Assembly: GCA_964016885.1 (NCBI GenBank) | Contig: OZ024741.1 | Location: 202,926,001-202,990,000, forward strand | Direction: 5' to 3' | From: Eledone cirrhosa | Taxonomy: Eukaryota | Length of the DNA: 64,000 nucleotides | In this document: positions 57,039 through 64,000 of the stretch, piece by piece | Layout: each line of letters begins with the position of its first letter | Position numbering within the stretch: position 1 is the stretch's first letter | Translations under genes and position numbers: made by a program | The notes under the pieces: model-generated | Told to the model about the DNA's origin: nothing | The model's input: only the letters and a program-made list of their open reading frames with translations | The model's database searches: none

Positions 57039-58570
57039 CACAGATCTACAAAGATTGAAAAGGTTTCTGCTTCGGAACTAATCTTGAGGCACTGAACTCG
57101 AAAATGACAAAATAATTGCGGGTTTAGTTATAATTCTTTTCAGATATCTGAGTTTTTTAATGATTTACAAATAAGTGCTAATGACACTCACTTCATGTTG
57201 ATTACGCAGCGTTTCTTAGCCTGCCTTGTCTATTCAAATTCTGGTGCATCTCTTCTGACTGACCACCAGTAATCTAACATATTTAAGTTGCGCTTATGCC
57301 GTTCTTCCATGGCTGCAATATCTTAGGGAAAACACTCTCCGTGTTCGTCGCTCACTGCACCACAATTTAATGGGAAGAAATCCAACTGTGAATTTAGAAA
57401 GTGGATCTTCCATGATATATTACATCCCAGTTGCTGGTAAGAAAGTACTATATTTTGCACAAGTTCCTGGTAGTTTTTTGCTCTGTGATTTCTTAGAAAA
57501 TTCTGTTACATCAGTTAAAAATTGTTCCAGGCTACCTTTTATTTTTCCGAAATAATTCGGTTAAATTCATCGTCCTTTAAGGTTTAATGAATTTGGAGAC
57601 CGACAAACGCCATTTTAAAAAATTTTTCGCTTCACTTAGTTTTGGAAATTCCCTTCCGAGGCACTGAAAGGCCTGTCCTGTCTTATCAGGACTATTTATG
57701 ACATTTTTCGTCAACCCCAGTTTGATATGCAACGCCAGTATCATATCTCATCATCTATAAGAGGCAGATTTTGAACATCTTTTACATCAGGTTTTAGTGA
57801 CGCGGCCAATCTTTCCTTATGTAATGAGAATCTTTTGCCGTCAATGAATAATAAACTGTTTGTATGGTGGAATAATAAACTGTTTTGTATTCGTCAAAAG
57901 CCGTTGATATCAGTACATCCTATAAGATTACCATTCTTTGTAAAAAATGTCCAAAAATCTTTATCACGATTTCTAAAAAGCACACTCTGGTTTCATCAGC
58001 AAGCAAATGTCATTACTCTAACATTGAGCCTGAGAATTCTGCTTTATATATTGGCAGCTCCAAATCTCTGATGAAATCATTTAGTTCATTTTGTCTTACG
58101 TGTGGTATTTTTGTTGGATATTATGAATAAAAGTCTGGATCTTTTGCTGTTGAAGCTTTACTTCAAAGTTTTCTTCTTCATCATCCTTTAATTCAGGGAT
58201 TATGCCTGGAGGCACAGGGGCGGGTAGTTCTTCGCTGTGTCGTACTAGACGCCTAACACAAGGAATATCAGGATAATAAACATTTCCCTTTTTCTTCCTT
58301 TTAAGTCCTTTCCGAGCTGGTTGCACAATACAGTTGTAATAATCATATAAATGATTACTTGACTCACACCATACTATTGGCACTGGAAAAGGCATTATTT
58401 CGTTTCATTTTCTCCCATTGGCGAGGTATTACAACACACACGTGGGCCCCTAATCTTGTCTTGGTCACCCAATTTGCATGCAAAATAAAGATGATAGGCC
58501 CTTTTAACAATATTTGACATTGTTTTCATTTGTTCAGTAATAGTTATTTTGTCATCGGACCATTTACACA
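57039..58570 (-). pseudogene. CMC/Chapaev3-like DNA transposon transposase remnant
   Basis: AYHLYFACKLGDQDK; MPFPVPIVWCESSNH..YPDIP..HSEELPAPVPP; LGCNISWKIHFLNSQLDFFPLNCGAVSDEHGE; CAC terminus at 57039. The superfamily assignment is from motif recall. Confidence 0.75.
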
Positions 58571-58669
58571 AGTACGAAACATGACGACTCAGGTTATAAT
58601 AGTAAAATTTATCCCGATAAATTGTGAATAGTTTTGAAACACTATAACATTTGATTCATGAGAGAGAGA

Positions 58670-61040
58670 GAATCGACCCCGGTACTGAACTACTGCTTTA
58701 TCGGCCTTGAAAGGATGAAAAGCAAAATTGACCTCACCGATATTTGAACTTGCAGAGCTTTCTATCCGATGCTCTAACAGCCCGGCTATTTGGCTGCTCA
58801 AACTGTAGATTACAATAAAAATTGGATGTAAGAGTGACTCAATAACATGGAATGGACATCCAACGGTTTCAACGACGAGTGTTCCGTTTGTTCGATCAAC
58901 GGAACAGCATACCCATGGAATTATCGTGTAAGTGGCTGATTATTCCAAAGGCATGTCTACCCTTAAATTACGTCTAAGTGAGAGATTCGGTTTGGTGCAG
59001 TGTGTGACAAGGTTGACCCTTTGAATTCTAGGTACAGCCCATCCACGGGCTCCAAACAGTTGCTATCTACCCAATTCCACTCAACGAGACACGATTTGAG
59101 CTGAGGCTATGGTAAATGACATTTGTCTAAGATGACATTTGTCATATAGTCGAGATTGGACTGGGGACCTTATGATTTCGAACCGAACTTGTTAACCATT
59201 CGGCCATGCAGCGTCCGGTATTAACATAGAATGTGTCAGAATAAACCAGTTGTGACCTGTTTTTTATGTTTTTTTTTCAACAATAAATACTTTCCTTCTT
59301 CGAAGTGAAATCTAGCAAATTGCTTTTGACATTGATAAAGTAACCAATGAAATATAATAATATCGGATAACTGTGGACTAATAATATCCTATAACAACTA
59401 ACATTGAAATGGGGGTAGGCGTGGAGAGTTGAGTTCTAAATAACATCTTTGAAAAATTTCTCTGCGGTTTAAAAAAGCTCATAGTGGGAATTGACGTAAC
59501 TTTCCTGTCCTTAACAATTAAGTATCCTGTTGGTTAAAAGACCTTTATTATTTCTTACAATCTGGATACTACATAATTGCTTCTAAACAGCTTCTCCTTC
59601 CAAAGAAGCCAAAGATTTAGCATAAGAAGCAATCATTTTATGTATGTCTACACAATAAAGGCGGTAGAGCGTTGGGTGAAATATCTCGGTATTTGTTCTG
59701 GCTCACTGCATTTTGAGTTCAAATCCCATCAAGGTGAACTTTGCCTTTCATCCTTTTAATGTCGATAAAGTACCAGTCCAATACCGGGGTCGATCATTCC
59801 ACTCCTCTCTCACTCCTCTCTCTTTCCTTACCTTGAAGAAATCGACATGATTCTAACATGGAGAGGGTTGACTACGGTAGGTTTAAATGTCCAAAACACG
59901 CCGTATGTCACGATGGCGTCCAAACGAATCCCTCGGGCGTTAAAGACCCATGGCATGGAGAGGTATTCTGTAAAGAAAGTATGTTTCAGAAATGGAAGAT
60001 TAAGCATGTTTAACAGAAACGTGCTTATGGTAACTGTACCATTTCAAAGCTGCTTGATAATCTGGGAAGGTGGAAGTCTGAAACACGTCAATGTGTTCTT
60101 CCGAAAGTGGATCGTGTTATAATAATCTAAAATTGTTACACGTACTCGCAGAAAGATACAGCATGGATGAATGCTTAAGTTCGATTCACAATCATTAGGT
60201 CCTTAGTTTGATTTCACTGCATGGCATCATGGCTAAGTGTTTTTTACCATAGCCCTGTGTTGACACATTCATATGAGTATAATTGGGTAGACGGAAACTA
60301 TTTGGATTTCTGTCGGTTGGATTGTACCTGTAATTCAATTAAAAAAGCCAGCCCTATCACAAAGTTTCAGGCTGTATCTGGCTTAATGGTAATAGTGTTT
60401 GAGTTCAATTCCCGACAGCGCATTATGTCCTTCAGCAACATACTTCATTTCCCGATACTCCAGTACATTATGCTGGAAAAAGAGTTTTACCTGTAAGTGG
60501 AAAATCCAGTCTTGTTACACATTGAGTCGCACTGTAGCTGCCTGAGAATTAGGTCAAGGGTATACATGTTATAAATTCATTTCATGTGAAAGCTATTCTA
60601 TTGATCGAACAAATGGAAGACTCATTATCGAAATTGACGAAGGTCCATTACTCTCAGAAAAAAAGCTAAGGATACCAATCTCTTAACTTAATATCAACAA
60701 AATATTACTTTTTGATAGAAAAGCAAATGGCTCTAATATCCGGGTGAAGTCGTAGAGGCGCCATCTACAGTAGATATACGGTGTTTTGGGGGCATTGCAA
60801 TCCTGGCTGAACCTCTCCTGATCCAGGTCAGGACACAGTCAATTTCGTCTAATGAAGGAGAGAGACAGACAGCAAAGGTCGTAAAGGGGCATAGAGGGAG
60901 CATTGACCCGAGTACTAAACAGGTACTTTATTTATCGACTGCGAAAAGATGAAAGTTGACCACAGCGGGATTTGTTTCGAAATCAGAATGCAGTGAGCCG
61001 GAACAAATACGCTCTAACGATCTTGTAACTTTGCCGCCTA
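58670..61040. mobile_element. Cluster of SINE copies (58670-58800 -, 58860-59210 -, 59660-59935 +, 60380-60640 +, 60745-61040 -)
   Basis: Family 1 and family 2 core motifs as above. Confidence 0.7.
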
Positions 61041-61219
61041 CTCTCTCTTTCTTTCTCCTTCTCTGTATATATACATACTTACATATATACACACAATTAT
61101 GTGTTCCTTTCCATAGACTGATGTTTGCAGCGAGGTGTATTTTTTATTTATGTCTGAAGAATTTTCTCTTATCTCTCTCATTGTCTTTCTACTCCCCCTC
61201 TCACTCACATGTACACGCT

Positions 61220-61312
<93 letters not shown>

Positions 61313-61521
61313 TATATACATATATATATATATATAATTATTGTGCGTGTGCGCGTGTGTGTGTGTGTGTGTGTTTCTTTGAAATAAATTAATGTGACTG
61401 CGAGAAAGCCCTACCGGAAATGTAGCTGTGAGCCATGTCAAAGTAGGAAGCTGACTGCGCAAGTCTATATATATATATATATATTTATACATATATATAT
61501 ATATATACATATATTTATATA

Positions 61522-61591
<70 letters not shown>

Positions 61592-62090
61592 GGAATTGAC
61601 TGTCACCAATAATTAAGGCGGAAGTCGCGGATCAGATTTTGCCCCCCAAAGCACGCATCACTGAAGTTTCTTTACGGAAAATAATTGATGGTGTCTGCTT
61701 TATCCAGCATCATCACACGCTGCTGCTGCTGCCTGTACTGTTTAAGGAGATTGGGTGACATCACCAGAGGCTTTTAAAGAGGTTCAACTCTGATTCTTGT
61801 CACTTTAACTAAACATTTCATCTCTAACCGACTTCACTTCAGCAAAATCTGAAATCTCACGTTGACTTATTTTACGCATAATACTCAAATCTACACACAT
61901 ATAATGATTATATGTATACTCTCTCTATCTCTCTTTCACACACATACACGCACATACACAGACACATACACACGCACGCACGCACATACCCCCCCCCCCC
62001 ACACACACATATATCGTACTATATGCAAATGATCCTTTCCAGTAAATGTTCATGACACGAAATCTAATTTCATTTCAGCACCGGTTAAAT

Positions 62091-62141
62091 GAATGTCACT
62101 GATGAGAGATTAATGCATCTTGAAACAGCTGTCTGGCATTC
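62091..62141 (+). ncRNA. Minimal type I hammerhead ribozyme (intact core)
   Basis: gaauguca-CUGAUGA-GAGAU uaaugc AUCUU-GAAAC-AGCU-GUC-uggcauuc: 8-bp stem I, 5-bp stem II, palindromic ACAGCUGU stem III, GUC site at 62131-62133. Confidence 0.92.
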
Positions 62142-62254
62142 TCAATGGCCACTTTGATAATGTGACATGCTCACAGAGTAAAAGAGAGAGACATTATGTT
62201 TTCTTTGATAATGAGGCTCTCATATACATATTGTATATACACATATAGTATATG

Positions 62255-62310
62255 CAACAGTGTTAAGCAAAGTAGGGGGTATATGACCTCTACTTTGCTT
62301 AACACTGTTG
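62255..62310. repeat. Perfect 21-bp-arm hairpin
   Basis: caacagtgttaagcaaagtag - 14 nt - ctactttgcttaacactgttg. Confidence 0.9.
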
Positions 62311-62399
62311 AGGTTCTACTGCTAATTAATTAGAGCTCGCCAAGTTTGCACTATATGCAAATAACCATTTCCAGCCGATGTATTCTATTTTTTAAATAC

Positions 62400-64000
62400 A
62401 AATGAGCTTCTCCAGCAAACATTCATCACGCACAGTTGGACCAACAATTTCTCTATGGAAGATGCCAGCATACAACTTGAGCAGTTCATTGAAATAATAT
62501 AAGTCATATGCTCTACGTTCGCCCCGAAAAGAAAGGTCAACAGACAACATTGTTATTGATAGAGACAGAAAAATCCTTATGAGGAGAACGAAGATCTCAA
62601 ACCAGTACATATACAAGTAAAGAACAAGAAGAATCCCATTTGAAGCAGGTACTGTTTCAAATTGAAAATGACCTCAAACTCTCCCACGAAAAGGAGAGAA
62701 CAGAAATAGAAGCAAGGGCTATAGAAAATATAATGACGAAACCTAAGGCATTCTTTAAATTTGCAAAAGCGACACCCCACGGGATAAAAGTAGTTGATCG
62801 TACGCAGACCCACAAGGGATAAGTGAGGTAGTGAATGAACAATACATAAGTGTTTTCACACTTCCAATGAGAAATATGCAAATAAATAAGCCATATGAAT
62901 ACTTTAACACCACTGCGTTATACAGAGAAATGGCAACCATCAACTACGTAGATATAAAAGTGACAGATGTAATATCAGCCATAGACAAAATGACCCCAAA
63001 TTCAGTTGCTGGCCCAAATGGTTTCCCAGTAACACTCCTATAAACATGCAAGCGACTATTAGCAAAACCACTGCAGATCCTCTTTCAAAGATCCCTTGCA
63101 AGTTGTAAACTACCCGCAAAACTATAAGAAGACATAATATGTCCCATCCATAAAGGAGGAAGCAGAGCAGATGCTCTGATATGTGAGGTCTCCCTGACCT
63201 CACATATCAGCAAGGTTATGAAACGAATCATCAGAAGAAAACTGATTACTTTTCTAGAGGAAAATGATCTTCTAACTGACACCCAGCATGGCTTTCGCAA
63301 AAGTAGAAGTTGTCTTACGCAGCTCTTACAGCATTATGACTGGATTCTCAAACAGCTCTTATACTGTTCGAACGTCGATGCCATATCTCGACTTTGGGAA
63401 GGTCTTCGACAATGTTGATCGTGGAATATGTCACAAACTACGTAGTCCTGGCATCGTTGGAAACCGAGGTGAATGACTTCATGACATCTTAAAAGACATA
63501 AACCAGACTGTTGCAGGCAACGGGGCCCTCTCAAATGAAACGTCAATAACAAGTGGCGTACCCCAGTCTTGGGGCCACTACTGTTGTGGCTCTCTCAAAC
63601 ACTCAGACTTCTGTAATACAGGTAGCCTCCATCACATGTTATGCTGATGGTACGAAAGTAGCACAGGTAATAAAAAAACCCAACTGATGCTACTCTCTTA
63701 CAACAAGATTTAGATGCCACATACGAATGGGCTGAAGAAAACAATATGTAATTTAATGCGGGTAAATTTCAAGCCCTCCGCTATCAACCCACAAACACAG
63801 GACCACCACAATAAAGTACAATGGACCAGGAGGAATGGAAATGCCAGAGTCAAAATCAATACGGTACCTGGGTATTGACAAGGGCGATGATGCATCGTTT
63901 CATGCACACATCACCAAAATGACAGTAATCTGCAGACGGCTGGGGTGGTGGATTCTGAGGACTTTCAGGACAAGAGTCCCCGAAACTATGTGGGTCCGCT
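62400..64000 (+). pseudogene. CR1/L2-group LINE ORF2 RT remnant
   Basis: AGPNGFP..LAKPLQILFQRSL..PIHKGGS..SLTSHISKVMKRII..QHGFRKSRSCLTQL..YLDFGKVFDNVD..SGVPQ..YADGTK..RYLG. Confidence 0.9.

Noticed and set aside
62255-62310. Pre-miRNA call for the hairpin
   Set aside because: Perfect pairing inside a repeat-like unit suggests a fold-back; no expression evidence.

Overview
This is eukaryotic, AT-rich DNA saturated with microsatellites and transposable-element debris. No intact host gene is supported. The SINE families and the (TA)n/(CA)n/(CT)n density suggest a coleoid cephalopod such as Octopus (inference from memory of repeat families, not a database result). Main contents: (i) several Penelope-like element (PLE) families, including a near-full-length copy and an inverted 5'-truncated partner that form a ~6 kb palindrome at 49.8-55.9 kb; (ii) a full-length degraded Ty3/Gypsy element (19253-24790, 368-bp LTRs, 12 differences) nested in an R4/Dong-like LINE, beside a second R4-like LINE; (iii) a head-to-tail Helitron dimer, a Pif1 helicase remnant, a Tc1/mariner MITE, a Chapaev3-like transposase remnant, RTE and CR1-group LINE remnants, and many tRNA-head SINEs. 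The most notable signal is non-coding. About a dozen hammerhead ribozyme (HHR) motifs or half-motifs from several unrelated repeat contexts can be folded by eye. Two are near-perfect minimal type I HHRs (18794-18836 minus, 62091-62141 plus), each 70-90 nt downstream of an ATGCAAAT octamer. Two ORF-less HHR-containing units (~464 nt and ~332 nt) resemble non-LTR retrozymes. One PLE family carries a conserved atypical CAGAAGA-core HHR. All folds and alignments were done by eye and need computational and biochemical confirmation.
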